64,000 nt of DNA from an uncultured Planctomycetia bacterium (GCA_964469495.1 CAYXYY010000054.1:3794-67793); one strand, 5' to 3'. Counted from the first letter of the stretch, positions 19,534 through 29,921 are shown. Made by a program: numbers and translations. The notes: generated from the sequence alone by a model not told the origin.

Positions 19534-20174
19534 CTATTCACCCTCCTTCCCAACAAAAATATATTACTACCTCTTTCTGCTTTTAAATTAGTCTCTGCCC
19601 CATGTCCTGGCATAACCTTCAAATCCTCATCTATATCCAACAACCTTTCAAGAGAAGAAAAGAGTTTTTTTTCGCTTGCACCCGGCAAATCCACCCTTCC
19701 AATAGCGCCTTTAAACAATGTATCCCCCGTAAACAAAAACTTGCCTATACGAAAACATACACTGCCCTGTGTATGGCCGGGCGAATGAAACACCTCAAAT
19801 TTAAGCCCGCCAAAGGATAAAACATCCCCATCCTCTATAGTATTAATGCGCAAACTGCCTTTCTCAAATATAACTTCCTGATCGCCAAACAAAGCTGACA
19901 AATTGCCCTGAGCTGAAAACAGCATTTTTTCGTCTTGCTCTTGTATAAAAACACCACAATCACAAACCCCGTTTCCTATAATATGGTCAAAATGTCCGTG
20001 TGTATTTAAAACCGCAGAAGGAGAAATTCCGATATTTTTTATTTCTTGCTCCACAAGCGCTATATCAGCTGGGTCTATAATAACCAAATCCTTTTTATCA
20101 TTATAAACGAAGTATGTATTCGTCATAACACTGCCTAAGACAAGACGTTTTACTTTTAACGTGTTGTTTTCCAT
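19530..20174 (-). CDS. MBL-fold metallo-hydrolase (glyoxalase II-like)
   Basis: It has the HGHFDH metal-binding motif and downstream PGHTQGS / HGA motifs. Confidence 0.75.
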   Translation of the reverse strand: MENNTLKVKRLVLGSVMTNTYFVYNDKKDLVIIDPADIALVEQEIKNIGISPSAVLNTHGHFDHIIGNGVCDCGVFIQEQDEKMLFSAQGNLSALFGDQEVIFEKGSLRINTIEDGDVLSFGGLKFEVFHSPGHTQGSVCFRIGKFLFTGDTLFKGAIGRVDLPGASEKKLFSSLERLLDIDEDLKVMPGHGAETNLKAERGSNIFLLGRRVNR

Positions 20175-20650
20175 AATTGTGACGGCTGTTTAGACGGAAG
20201 AAACTTTTTATGGAATTCTATCCTGATATGCTCTATCTTGTTTTTAAAACGTGTAATGGGTTCCCTGCGCCTCTTTTTTTTCAATGCAGATTCAACGGAT
20301 CCTTTTAATCCCTTTATATAATCGTCTATCTCAACGGCAGGACTGCCAAGGGCATCTTCAAAATACCGCTGCAATATCGTTAAGTTTTCTATGGCATTTG
20401 CCAGCGCATCCTTTACACGTTTTGCGCTCTCGCCATCTAACGCAACATTTATTTCATCCATCCAGACCTTGGCAAAGATAAAATGCCTTTCATATGCCCT
20501 CCTTATATTAAAGACATCCTCGTCGGAAGCCTTAACAACAGATGCGCGGGACTGCCGGGGCTTGCGGGTAAACTTCTCTTTTATCGCAGAAACACAGCCT
20601 GTAGATAACAATAAAAACGACATTATGAATAAGAAAAAAGCTCTCCTCAC
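20156..20650 (-). CDS. Hypothetical lipoprotein
   Basis: It has a signal peptide with a lipobox (LLLSTGC) and a basic C-terminus. No recognisable domain. Confidence 0.4.
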   Translation of the reverse strand: MRRAFFLFIMSFLLLSTGCVSAIKEKFTRKPRQSRASVVKASDEDVFNIRRAYERHFIFAKVWMDEINVALDGESAKRVKDALANAIENLTILQRYFEDALGSPAVEIDDYIKGLKGSVESALKKKRRREPITRFKNKIEHIRIEFHKKFLPSKQPSQLWKTTR

Positions 20651-20658
20651 AACCCTCC

Positions 20659-22338
20659 TTATGATTCAGACGTAATCCTCAAGACCTCTTCAAACGTCGT
20701 TGTCCCCTGCAAAAACAACTCAAACGTGTTATCCCTTAATGTCCTCATTCCGCATTCTCTAACAGCGAACTCTTTTATCTCATCAGAGGTCGCGCCTTTC
20801 AATATAAGTGCCCTTATTTTATCATTTAAGGTCAACGTCTCTATGGTTGCTATCCTGCCATAGTAGCCCGTGCCCTTACACTGCTCGCAACCCCTGCCTT
20901 TATAGAATACCACGCCTTCGGGTTTTTCAAAACCTTCTTTTTCAAATACCTCTACAGGGATATCAACCTCTTCCTTACAATTAGGGCATATGCGCCGGCA
21001 AAGCCTTTGCGCAGAGGACAATATCAGGGAAGATGCAACCAAAAAAGGTTCTATATCCATATCGATTAATCTGGTAATTGCGCCGGCGGCATCGTTAGTA
21101 TGCAATGTGGAAAGAACCAAATGGCCTGTTAAAGATGCCTTAACAGCAATGTCGGCTGTCTCAGCGTCTCTTATCTCACCCACAAGAACTATATCCGGGC
21201 TTTGCCTTAGAATTGCCCTCAAGGCGCTGGCAAACGTCAGCCCAATTTCAGCATGCGCCTGTATCTGAGTCAAACCTTCCACTTGATATTCAACAGGGTC
21301 CTCAACTGTTATAATATGTACATCAGGCGTATTTAACTGCTGCAATACAGAATACAATGTCGTTGATTTACCGCTTCCTGTGGGGCCTGTAACCAAGATT
21401 AACCCATAAGGATGTTTTATGGCATGTTTAAACTCAGCCAATGGCCCTGGCAAAAACCCAAGCTCATCCAATCCTACCTGTAAATTGCTTTTGTCAAGTA
21501 CGCGAAGAACAAATTTTTCCCCTGCTATTGTAGGCAATGCTGAAACACGAAAATCCACTATCTTATCCTTGTGCTTTATCCTGAATCTGCCGTCTTGCGG
21601 GATACGCCACTCTGTAATATCCATGCCTGAAATAATCTTTAAACGAGTAAAAAGAGCAGACTGTTTGTTTTTTGGTATAGTCAAAATATCGTGCAGGGCG
21701 CCATCAATTCTGTACCTGACACGAATACAATCCTCCATTGGTTCTATATGTATATCGCTTGCCCTCTGGTTAAGTCCGCCTTTTACCAAAAGGTTAACCA
21801 TCTTGACAATAGGCGCTTCTTCACTTTTATCTAATACCTCTTCAGTAACACCAAAATCCGTTTGCTCTTTTATTTGCTCCACATTATCATAATCATATTC
21901 ATAATCACCATAATCGGAAGATGGTGTGCGTTTTAATGATTCGACTGTTTTAATAATGTCCGGGGGGAAAGCCATCACCGGAATAATTTCATAACCCGTA
22001 ACAATAGAAAGCTCGTCTTTTAAAAGCACATCCATAACATCCGTCATAACAAGGCTCATAACATTTCCTACAACCGAAATCGGTATTACCTTCTTTTCCC
22101 GTATTGTATCTAATGGCAATAAATCTATTGATTTCTCAAGGTGAAACTTGTTGATATCTATCCAAGAAAGCCTTAATTCATCCGAAAGCATGTCCATTAA
22201 TACCGTTTTTGTAATAGGTGTTTTTTCTATGACTGTGGCAAAAATATTCCTGCCTTCAGAAAAGGCCTTTACTTCAGAGACAAAGTTCTCCCCATAGCGT
22301 TTGGTCAATATGTCTAATAATTTTTGTTTTATTGCCAT
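20659..22338 (-). CDS. Type IV pilus / type II secretion ATPase PilB/GspE family, paralog 1 (full length with N-terminal T2SSE_N domain)
   Basis: It carries the Walker A VTGPTGSGKSTTLYS, Asp/His boxes, and the tetracysteine zinc motif CPNCK...CEQCKGTGYYGR. Confidence 0.85.
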   Translation of the reverse strand: MAIKQKLLDILTKRYGENFVSEVKAFSEGRNIFATVIEKTPITKTVLMDMLSDELRLSWIDINKFHLEKSIDLLPLDTIREKKVIPISVVGNVMSLVMTDVMDVLLKDELSIVTGYEIIPVMAFPPDIIKTVESLKRTPSSDYGDYEYDYDNVEQIKEQTDFGVTEEVLDKSEEAPIVKMVNLLVKGGLNQRASDIHIEPMEDCIRVRYRIDGALHDILTIPKNKQSALFTRLKIISGMDITEWRIPQDGRFRIKHKDKIVDFRVSALPTIAGEKFVLRVLDKSNLQVGLDELGFLPGPLAEFKHAIKHPYGLILVTGPTGSGKSTTLYSVLQQLNTPDVHIITVEDPVEYQVEGLTQIQAHAEIGLTFASALRAILRQSPDIVLVGEIRDAETADIAVKASLTGHLVLSTLHTNDAAGAITRLIDMDIEPFLVASSLILSSAQRLCRRICPNCKEEVDIPVEVFEKEGFEKPEGVVFYKGRGCEQCKGTGYYGRIATIETLTLNDKIRALILKGATSDEIKEFAVRECGMRTLRDNTFELFLQGTTTFEEVLRITSES

Positions 22339-22343
22339 AATGT

Positions 22344-24056
22344 TTACGCTGTTACCCTGAAAACCTCTTCCAAACTGGTTATACCTAAAGCGGCCTTGCG
22401 GATGCCGTCTTGCCGCATCGTTTTCATGCCTTCCTCAATTGCCGCAGCCCTAATTTCAGGTTCTTCGGCCCCTTTTGCAACTAATGCCCTTAACCTACTG
22501 GATAAAATCATTATCTCAGCCACGTTTACCCTGCCTTTATATCCCATATCAAAACACTTCTTACACCCAACAGGCCGATAGAACGTAATGCCCGTGTAAT
22601 CTTTAGGTATATTGATCTCTTCCGCAAGTTCCTCTGTCATCTGATACGGTTCTTTGCAATGTTCGCACAATCGTCTTAAAAGGCGCTGTCCCATTATCCC
22701 AATCACCGAAGCAGTGATTAAAAAAGGCTCCACACCCATATTCACCATACGCACTATTGCGCCTGGCGCCGTATTAGTGTGTAACGTCGTGAGAACCAAG
22801 TGGCCTGTCAATGCCGCTTTTATCGCTATGTCCATCGTCTCAAAATCACGAATCTCTCCTATCAGGATAATATCCGGGTCCTGCCTTAATATAGATCTTA
22901 GGGCCGCGGCAAACGTAAGATTGACTTCTGCATTAACCTGCACTTGATTTATGCCCCTTATTTGATATTCGACAGGGTCCTCAACAGTAATTAAATTCTT
23001 ATATGGCGAATCTATGTGTTTTAAAACCGAATAAAGCGTAGTTGACTTACCGCTTCCTGTTGGGCCCGTGACTACAAACATGCCGTGCGGCCTGCTCACG
23101 CATGACTTTATCTTTCCCAAAGTATCCTCTGAAAATCCAAGCCCGTCCAGATCCAACATAACAGCGCCTTTATCCAATATACGTATACAGGCCTTTTCCC
23201 CATATGAAGCAGGCACAATTGATATCCTAAAGTCTATAGCCCTGCCCCCTATAGAAAGCCTTACCTTACCATCTTGAGGCACCCTATGTTCAGAGATATC
23301 CATATTCCCTATAACCTTTATTCTTGATATTATAGCCTCATGCATTGCCCTTGGAGGGGCTTCCACCTGACGCAAAATGCCGTCCACGCGATATCTTACC
23401 TGCATGTATTTCTCAAACGGTTCTATGAATATGTCGCTCGCATGCAATTCAACCCCTTGCGCTAATATCTTATTAACTGCGCGAATAACAGGGGCCTCAT
23501 TTTCTATATTCTCCTCCTCAACTTCATCCTTATTTTCCGCAACTACCTCAATATCGTCCTTTACAATCCCCTGCAGCACACCTTCTAAATCTTCACCGGA
23601 CACCTCTTCCTCTTGTTGGGTTATGGTATTTTCTTTTGCAGCCCAAAAGTCTTCTAAATTAGACTCCGAAGTAAGACATATTACAACCTGCTTGCCTGTA
23701 TGGACCTTGACATTATCCAAGGCAATAACGTTTATAGGGTCAACCATTGCCATTGTAATAATATCCTCTAACAGGGATATCGGCACAATCTTATGGCGCT
23801 TCATTAAATCCAAAGGGATTAATCCTAGGACTTCTTCATCTATTTGCATTTTCGACACATTGATATACGGCACGCCCAATCCTTTTGATAAAACACGTAT
23901 AAATGTTTCCCTATCAATAAATCCTTCTCCTATCAACACATCGAAAATACCTTTCCCAGAATCTCTTGAAATAACCAGTGCTTTTTGCAAGTCCTGTCTT
24001 GATATGACCTCTTCTTTTAAGAGTATGTTTATAATCTCTTCCTTAAGCCAGGCCAT
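22344..24056 (-). CDS. Type IV pilus / type II secretion ATPase PilB/GspE family, paralog 2 (full length with N-terminal T2SSE_N domain)
   Basis: It carries the Walker A VTGPTGSGKSTTLYS, the tetracysteine motif CEHCK...CKKCFDMGYKGR, and an acidic linker. Confidence 0.85.
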   Translation of the reverse strand: MAWLKEEIINILLKEEVISRQDLQKALVISRDSGKGIFDVLIGEGFIDRETFIRVLSKGLGVPYINVSKMQIDEEVLGLIPLDLMKRHKIVPISLLEDIITMAMVDPINVIALDNVKVHTGKQVVICLTSESNLEDFWAAKENTITQQEEEVSGEDLEGVLQGIVKDDIEVVAENKDEVEEENIENEAPVIRAVNKILAQGVELHASDIFIEPFEKYMQVRYRVDGILRQVEAPPRAMHEAIISRIKVIGNMDISEHRVPQDGKVRLSIGGRAIDFRISIVPASYGEKACIRILDKGAVMLDLDGLGFSEDTLGKIKSCVSRPHGMFVVTGPTGSGKSTTLYSVLKHIDSPYKNLITVEDPVEYQIRGINQVQVNAEVNLTFAAALRSILRQDPDIILIGEIRDFETMDIAIKAALTGHLVLTTLHTNTAPGAIVRMVNMGVEPFLITASVIGIMGQRLLRRLCEHCKEPYQMTEELAEEINIPKDYTGITFYRPVGCKKCFDMGYKGRVNVAEIMILSSRLRALVAKGAEEPEIRAAAIEEGMKTMRQDGIRKAALGITSLEEVFRVTA

Positions 24057-24498
24057 ATCGCTCCTTATACTCCTCTATTTTCTGCGATATCTTCTGCCTT
24101 TCACAGATAAACAATGTTGGAGTAAATCCCGTTTCAGTATGGATAAAGTCTATTAACTCTGTATTGATTGGATCAAACGTGGCAATCGTGACAACGTTTC
24201 CAAGTTTTTCCAACGGAATAAAAGAAAACTTTTCCATGGCAAAGAGTGGAAACAACAAATACAAATCAAAATTAGCTGGATATATGTCAACTGGCAGATA
24301 TGGCACTTCGTACTGCGATATTAAGGCAAAGACCACCTGCGATTCCAAGACAAATCCATGCTTAATCAATATTTCGCCAAGATAACCGCCTTCTTTTTCT
24401 TTTAGAGATAGGGCATTGTCAAGCACATCATGGGATATAATTCCCTTGTCAATTAGAATCTTGCCTATAGGCTTATGGACCACCCTTTTTAAAAACAT
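24043..24498 (-). CDS. Stand-alone MshEN/T2SSE_N domain protein (putative c-di-GMP receptor)
   Basis: This 151-aa protein carries two copies of the MshEN c-di-GMP-binding motif pattern RLGxxLxxxGxIxxxxLxxALxxQ. These are PIGKILIDKGIISHDVLDNALSLK and YLGEILIKHGFVLESQVVFALISQ. Confidence 0.6.
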   Translation of the reverse strand: MFLKRVVHKPIGKILIDKGIISHDVLDNALSLKEKEGGYLGEILIKHGFVLESQVVFALISQYEVPYLPVDIYPANFDLYLLFPLFAMEKFSFIPLEKLGNVVTIATFDPINTELIDFIHTETGFTPTLFICERQKISQKIEEYKERYGLA

Positions 24499-24518
24499 GC
24501 CCCCCTCACTCTTTTGAG

Positions 24519-25037
24519 CTAGTATACCACTAAGCTATGCACGGTATAATCCTTTAACTGATCCCTGCCATTTAGAAAAGAAAGTTCCACCACAAATAAA
24601 AGACTCGATACTACACCGCCGCATTTCTCTATCAAATCAATAACCGCCTTTGAAGTTCCGCCTGTTGCCAACAGATCATCCACAATAACCACCTTGCTCC
24701 CTTTCTCAAAGGCATCGACATGAATTTCAAGACTATCTGTTCCGTATTCAAGGGCATATTCCGCGCTATGGGTTTTATACGGCAGTTTTCCTTTTTTCCT
24801 CACTGGGACAAATGGACAATTCAATTTATAAGCAAGAGGTGCCCCAAAAATAAAACCCCTTGATTCCACACCCAGAATCACATCAGGATGTTCCCCTTCT
24901 ATCTTAGCCGCCAGTTTATCTATCGTATGCTTAAAACCATCTTTGCTTCCAAGCAACGGCGTGATATCTTTAAAGATTATTCCTTCTTTAGGGAAATTCG
25001 GCACGTCTCTAATAAGCTTTTTGATCAATTCACTCAT
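24519..25037 (-). CDS. apt: Adenine phosphoribosyltransferase
   Basis: It shows PRTase type I motifs (VVIVDDLLATGGT) and an APT-specific N-terminus (IRDVPNFPKEGIIFKDITPLL). Confidence 0.85.
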   Translation of the reverse strand: MSELIKKLIRDVPNFPKEGIIFKDITPLLGSKDGFKHTIDKLAAKIEGEHPDVILGVESRGFIFGAPLAYKLNCPFVPVRKKGKLPYKTHSAEYALEYGTDSLEIHVDAFEKGSKVVIVDDLLATGGTSKAVIDLIEKCGGVVSSLLFVVELSFLNGRDQLKDYTVHSLVVY

Positions 25038-25867
25038 GATTCCACCATCCTCTTTATTAAATTGGACTCTCTATTTATAAACGCCTGCAATTTCTTGATA
25101 GCGCGATCTTCTATCTTTCTAACAGCCTCTCTCGAAATGCCCATTTCCTCGGCAATTCCCGCCAGCGTTCTGGGATTATTATCCACAAAACCGAAACGCA
25201 AATTCAGCACAAAACGTTCTTTTTCACTGATATTATCCATTAACCCCAAAACTGTTTCGTAATCCAAATCCTTCTGCACCTCGTCTTTTAAGGAGTGATC
25301 AGCCATAGCGCCTATGATATCTAATAATTCTGTATCTTTATCTGACCCGACCATTATATTCAAAGATGCCGTGCTGTCCTTGCAATTCATCAACTGCCCA
25401 ACCCTCGACATAGTAGTACCCAATGCCTGGGCGATCTCTAACTCCGTTGGTTTGCGCTTTAATTTTGTCGTGAGCTCCTTTTCTATGTGCTTCATCTTTT
25501 GTATCATCATATTTATGTGAATAGGCACATGCAAAACCGTTGAATTCTTCATAAGCGCCCGAATAATACTCTGGCGTATCCACCAAGCGGCGTATGTTGA
25601 AAAACGAAATCCCATATCCGGCTTAAATTTATCAACAGCGCGCATTAAACCTATATTGCCGTAAGCGATTAAATCAGTAAATGGCATACTCATATTTACA
25701 TAATGCTTTGCAAGGCTTACAACCAAACGCAAATTGGCCTGTATCATCTTATCCCTTGCCTTGGGATCACCCGCCGCCACCTTTTGCGTTAGCTGCTTTT
25801 CCTCCTCTTCAGTCAAGGGCTTTGCATACAAGCGCAATTCCTTTATGTAATTCCTTAATGCGTCCAT
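25034..25867 (-). CDS. RNA polymerase sigma factor, sigma-70 family (RpoD/RpoS-like regions 2-4, no region 1.1)
   Basis: Region 2 reads DLIAYGNIGLMRAVDKFKPDMGFRFSTYAAWWIRQSI, and the region 4 HTH reads TLAGIAEEMGISREAVRKIEDRAIKKLQ. It is 277 aa long. Confidence 0.75.
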   Translation of the reverse strand: MDALRNYIKELRLYAKPLTEEEEKQLTQKVAAGDPKARDKMIQANLRLVVSLAKHYVNMSMPFTDLIAYGNIGLMRAVDKFKPDMGFRFSTYAAWWIRQSIIRALMKNSTVLHVPIHINMMIQKMKHIEKELTTKLKRKPTELEIAQALGTTMSRVGQLMNCKDSTASLNIMVGSDKDTELLDIIGAMADHSLKDEVQKDLDYETVLGLMDNISEKERFVLNLRFGFVDNNPRTLAGIAEEMGISREAVRKIEDRAIKKLQAFINRESNLIKRMVES

Positions 25868-25904
25868 AAGACAATATTATACCTTAAGAAATATGCTTTT
25901 TGTA

Positions 25905-26831
25905 TCAAAACTCACTAACTATATTCAATATCTCCTCTTTCAACTCATTCGGCGTTGATCGGCTAGGGTCCAGCAGAATTGCCTGTTTCTGGGCCCTAAA
26001 CCAAATCATTTGTCTTCGCGCATATTGATATGTATTTTTTTTCATTAACGCCATTGCCTCATGAAAAGAAATCTCATTATCCAGAACCATAGACAACTCT
26101 CTTACGCCAATAGCCTTCTGAGCTGTTTTCCCAAGCCTATTTCTGATGCCTTTTAGTTGATCAAGGCTTTTCAGTGTTATGTTTTCGTCTATGCGCCTTG
26201 CAATTCTTTGTTTAAGCCATTGCCTGTTATCAGGCATTAGACAAAAGAAAAACACCTCGGCCTCATCATTAATGCCTTTTGATTGGGCATGCCACTGTGA
26301 AATAGGCTTTCCGGTAGAAAAAAAGACCTCTAATGCCCGCACAATCCTGCGCACATCATTTGGATGAATCTTCCCGGCAGAAGAGGCATCCACTTCCTTT
26401 AGTCTTTCATACAACAAAGATGCCCCTTTTATCCGGGCTTCTTCATATAATTGTTTGCGCAATACTTCATCCCCTTTTGCCTCAAACATCCCGTTTAACA
26501 AGGCCTTTATATACATGCCCGTTCCCCCGCATACAATAGGTGTTTTATTCCCGCGCCACAAATTATCGATAATATGCCTTGATAACTCAACGAATTTGGC
26601 CGCATTATATTCTATTTCAGGATCTAAAAAGCCCGCCAAGTGATGTGAAACCAAAGACATCTCTTCCAAAGGAGGAAAGGTTATAAACTCCAGCTCTTTA
26701 TATGCCTGCATGGAGTCAGCGGAAATGACTTCCGAATCTATTGCCCTTGCCACAAGCATTGCCAAATGGCTTTTCCCTGATGCCGTTGGGCCGCCTATAA
26801 CTATTAATTTCCTGTTTTTAGCCTCTTCCAC
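25905..26831 (-). CDS. miaA: tRNA dimethylallyltransferase
   Basis: It has a P-loop (IVIGGPTASGKSHLAM) and the MiaA-specific downstream motifs. Confidence 0.85.
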   Translation of the reverse strand: MEEAKNRKLIVIGGPTASGKSHLAMLVARAIDSEVISADSMQAYKELEFITFPPLEEMSLVSHHLAGFLDPEIEYNAAKFVELSRHIIDNLWRGNKTPIVCGGTGMYIKALLNGMFEAKGDEVLRKQLYEEARIKGASLLYERLKEVDASSAGKIHPNDVRRIVRALEVFFSTGKPISQWHAQSKGINDEAEVFFFCLMPDNRQWLKQRIARRIDENITLKSLDQLKGIRNRLGKTAQKAIGVRELSMVLDNEISFHEAMALMKKNTYQYARRQMIWFRAQKQAILLDPSRSTPNELKEEILNIVSEF

Positions 26832-28048
26832 ACCATTAATGCCTGTTTCATCTCAAAAACGTCATGAACCCTGATAATATTAGCGCCGTTCTCAATCGCC
26901 CATAGATTAGCGCTGATAGTCCCTCCTAATCTCTCATGCGCCTTGCTATTATCTATCGCGCCTATAAACGACTTTCTAGATAACCCTACCATAACTGGCC
27001 GTTCCAACAAGGCAAAAACAGCCAAATTAGATAATAATTCATAATTATGTCCTGCCGTTTTTGCAAAACCAATACCCGGATCAATTACAATAGCATTGCG
27101 CTCAATAGAATACCGCTCACAAAGATTTATTCGTCCTAAAATAGCCTCGTAAACCTCTTTAACCACATCATCATATACAGCAGAATGCTGCATAGTCTTG
27201 GGAGTCCCCTTCATGTGCATAATCACAACGCCAACTTTAGCCTTTGCAGCGGTTTTCCTCATACGCACAGAAGACATCCCTGTGATGTCATTTATAATAT
27301 GGACACCTGCATCTATTGCAGCCTCTGCAACCTGCCAATGTCTGGTATCAATGGAAACAATTGCTTTGGGAAATTTCTTTTTTACGGCTCTTATAACAGG
27401 CAAAACACGTTCCATTTCCTGCTTGACACCAACAGGTTTCGCGCCGGGGCGGCTAGATTCGCCGCCTATATCTATTATACCTGCGCCGGATTTTAAAAAA
27501 TATTCCACTTGTTTAATTGCCCTATCCACATTTTTGCCAACACCATCTCCGCTGAAAGAGTCCGGCGTTGCATTGACTATTCCCATAATAACAGGGGAAG
27601 AGCAGTCAATGTTCCTGCCTCTGGCCTTCCAGACAGGGGACCTATTAACGCCAGTAGGCCTTGAAAGTATCTGTCCCAATTGTTTTAGATTAGAAAAGGA
27701 TTGTGCTTTTAACTTAGAAGCGATTGTTCTAATCCTTTTTTTGTCAGCGATAATCAGAGCAGGAGTTGCGCGCTTCTCTAATATAGCATACCGTGGTATA
27801 GCGCATTCTCCGCCGATAGACAAAAGTTCCTGTTTCAAAATATTAGTCTCAAAAGATTTCAACCCATCAACGAACAAGGCCTCGCATTCTGTCTTAGGCG
27901 CCATCTTTTCTATACCTGCCGGATCGGCCCCAATAAAATCCCTGAGGATTTTCTCAATGACTATCCGATTTTTCGCCGGTATGCTGTTGACCTTCAAGTT
28001 CGTCATTTCTTGATTCATCTTCATGATGTCTTTCTTCATCGTCTTCAT
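26804..28048 (-). CDS. folP: Dihydropteroate synthase with an N-terminal extension of unknown function (~150 aa)
   Basis: The DHPS/pterin-binding domain starts at IMGIVNATPDSFSGDG and carries the IIDIGGESSRPGA motif. The 150 preceding codons are in frame with no stop. Confidence 0.75.
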   Translation of the reverse strand: MKTMKKDIMKMNQEMTNLKVNSIPAKNRIVIEKILRDFIGADPAGIEKMAPKTECEALFVDGLKSFETNILKQELLSIGGECAIPRYAILEKRATPALIIADKKRIRTIASKLKAQSFSNLKQLGQILSRPTGVNRSPVWKARGRNIDCSSPVIMGIVNATPDSFSGDGVGKNVDRAIKQVEYFLKSGAGIIDIGGESSRPGAKPVGVKQEMERVLPVIRAVKKKFPKAIVSIDTRHWQVAEAAIDAGVHIINDITGMSSVRMRKTAAKAKVGVVIMHMKGTPKTMQHSAVYDDVVKEVYEAILGRINLCERYSIERNAIVIDPGIGFAKTAGHNYELLSNLAVFALLERPVMVGLSRKSFIGAIDNSKAHERLGGTISANLWAIENGANIIRVHDVFEMKQALMVWKRLKTGN

Positions 28049-29921
28049 TATCTTCCCGCAGTCCTAACAACTCCCTGACTTGTCTTACGTTTAAGGTCTC
28101 TTTCTTAAGCAGTTCTTTAGCAAGCAGCTCAAGTTTTTTCTTATTAACAGACAAGTCATCCAATACATCTTGATATGCGCTTGTAATTATCTTTTTCACC
28201 TCTTCATCTATTTCCCTTGCTGTTTGCTGGCTATAATTTCTATCCACAAACATGTCGTCCCAAAAGGCCCTTTGGCCCTTAAATTCCCAAACAAGCGTCC
28301 CCATCTTTTCGCTCATTCCAAACTCGCACACCATACGTCGGGCAATAGTCGTGGCAACTTCCAGATCATTATGGGCACCTGTGCTAATCTCATCAAATAC
28401 GATTCTTTCCGCAGCCCTCCCGCCAAGCAACACCTTTATTCTGCCAATCAACTGGGAATAGGTTATCAAATATCTGTCCTCTGTCGGCCTTTGCAGGGTA
28501 TATCCCAATGCGGCAACACCCCTAGGAACAATCGAAACCTTATGCAAAGGGTCCACGTCCTTTAATAGTAAAGACATTAAGGCATGGCCGCCTTCGTGAT
28601 AAGCGACGATCTCCTTTTCCTTTTTATTTATTACCCGCGAGCGTCTTTGCGGCCCGGCCATTACCCTTTCAATAGATTCTTCCAATTCCTCCATAGAAAC
28701 CGCATTCTTATTGCGCCTTGCAGCCAGAAGCGCCGCTTCATTTATCAAATTGGCAAGATCCGCTCCTGAAAAACCGGGTGTCTGCTGGGCCAATCTCTTA
28801 AAATCAACCTCTTTATCCAGCTTCACATTTCTTGCATGCACCTTTAAAATAGCCTCCCTGCCGTTCATATCAGGCAGATCAACAATAATCCTCCTGTCAA
28901 ATCTGCCCGGACGCAATAAGGCAGGGTCTAATACATCAGGCCTGTTAGTTGAAGCCATAACAATGATTCCGCGAGAGGTATCAAATCCGTCCAGTTCCAC
29001 CAAAAGTTGATTTAACGTTTGCTGCCGCTCTTCATGCCCGCCGTGCAAAACAGCGGCGCGTTTGCCGCCGACTGCATCAATCTCATCTATGTAAATAATA
29101 CATCCCTTATTATTCGCCTGCGATGCCTTCTTCGCTTGATCGAACAAATCGCGAACCCTTGCAGCGCCGACACCAACAAACATCTCAACAAAGTCAGACC
29201 CGCTTATGCTAAAAAACGGCACATCCGCCTCGCCTGCAACCGCCTTGGCCAAAAGCGTTTTCCCTGTGCCCGGAGGACCAACAAGCAAAACGCCTTTTGG
29301 GATTCTGCCTCCCAAACGCTGGTACTTCTTCGGGTCCTTCAGAAAGTCAATAACCTCTTTTAACTCCTCTTTCGCCTCATCAACCCCAGCCACATCGTCA
29401 AACGTCACCTTGTCTCTCACGCCGCTTCTTGCCTTTGCCTTCCCAAAATTTAAGATGCGGCCTCCCATTTGATTGCCTCTAAACATAAAGAACCAATAGA
29501 ACAAGACCAAGACCAAAACAGGGCCAAAATAATAAAAGATCATTGATAAAAATGTCTGCGGCGGTTTTATAACTATCTCAACACCCTTTTCCCTCATAAG
29601 TTTCAACAAGTCTTTATCATCCGGTTCTATATTTGCATAAAAAGAGCTCCCATCCGACGTTTTGCCGGTGATAAAACCTTCTTTCTTTACAACAGAGACA
29701 ATTGGCGGCGGGCTGTCTGTTTCCAACTTTTCATAAATCTGAGAATAGGTCATCTCTTTTGGAATGCCATTTGCCCCTATCTGCATAAAAAGGTTAATAA
29801 TAAGCCACACAACAGTCGCTGCAATGAGAAGCAAAAATAAATTGGGGCCCTGTGAAGGCGGCATATTCTTATTACCCTGATCTTGTTTTTTCTTATAAGA
29901 TTGCTTGTTATTTTTAGACAT
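27954..29921 (-). CDS. ftsH: ATP-dependent zinc metalloprotease FtsH
   Basis: It has an N-terminal TM, AAA+ Walker A ([20 protein letters not shown]), the SRH, the zinc-binding HEGGHAL motif, and an acidic C-terminal tail. Confidence 0.95.
   Translation of the reverse strand: MSKNNKQSYKKKQDQGNKNMPPSQGPNLFLLLIAATVVWLIINLFMQIGANGIPKEMTYSQIYEKLETDSPPPIVSVVKKEGFITGKTSDGSSFYANIEPDDKDLLKLMREKGVEIVIKPPQTFLSMIFYYFGPVLVLVLFYWFFMFRGNQMGGRILNFGKAKARSGVRDKVTFDDVAGVDEAKEELKEVIDFLKDPKKYQRLGGRIPKGVLLVGPPGTGKTLLAKAVAGEADVPFFSISGSDFVEMFVGVGAARVRDLFDQAKKASQANNKGCIIYIDEIDAVGGKRAAVLHGGHEERQQTLNQLLVELDGFDTSRGIIVMASTNRPDVLDPALLRPGRFDRRIIVDLPDMNGREAILKVHARNVKLDKEVDFKRLAQQTPGFSGADLANLINEAALLAARRNKNAVSMEELEESIERVMAGPQRRSRVINKKEKEIVAYHEGGHALMSLLLKDVDPLHKVSIVPRGVAALGYTLQRPTEDRYLITYSQLIGRIKVLLGGRAAERIVFDEISTGAHNDLEVATTIARRMVCEFGMSEKMGTLVWEFKGQRAFWDDMFVDRNYSQQTAREIDEEVKKIITSAYQDVLDDLSVNKKKLELLAKELLKKETLNVRQVRELLGLREDNEDDEERHHEDESRNDELEGQQHTGEKSDSH

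Noticed and set aside
25034-25867. The 277-aa sigma factor as FliA (sigma-28), partner of the FlgM-like gene
   Set aside because: Region 2.4 (YAAWWIRQSI) is RpoD/RpoS-type. FliA has a distinct region 2.4/4.2, and fliA is presumably elsewhere.
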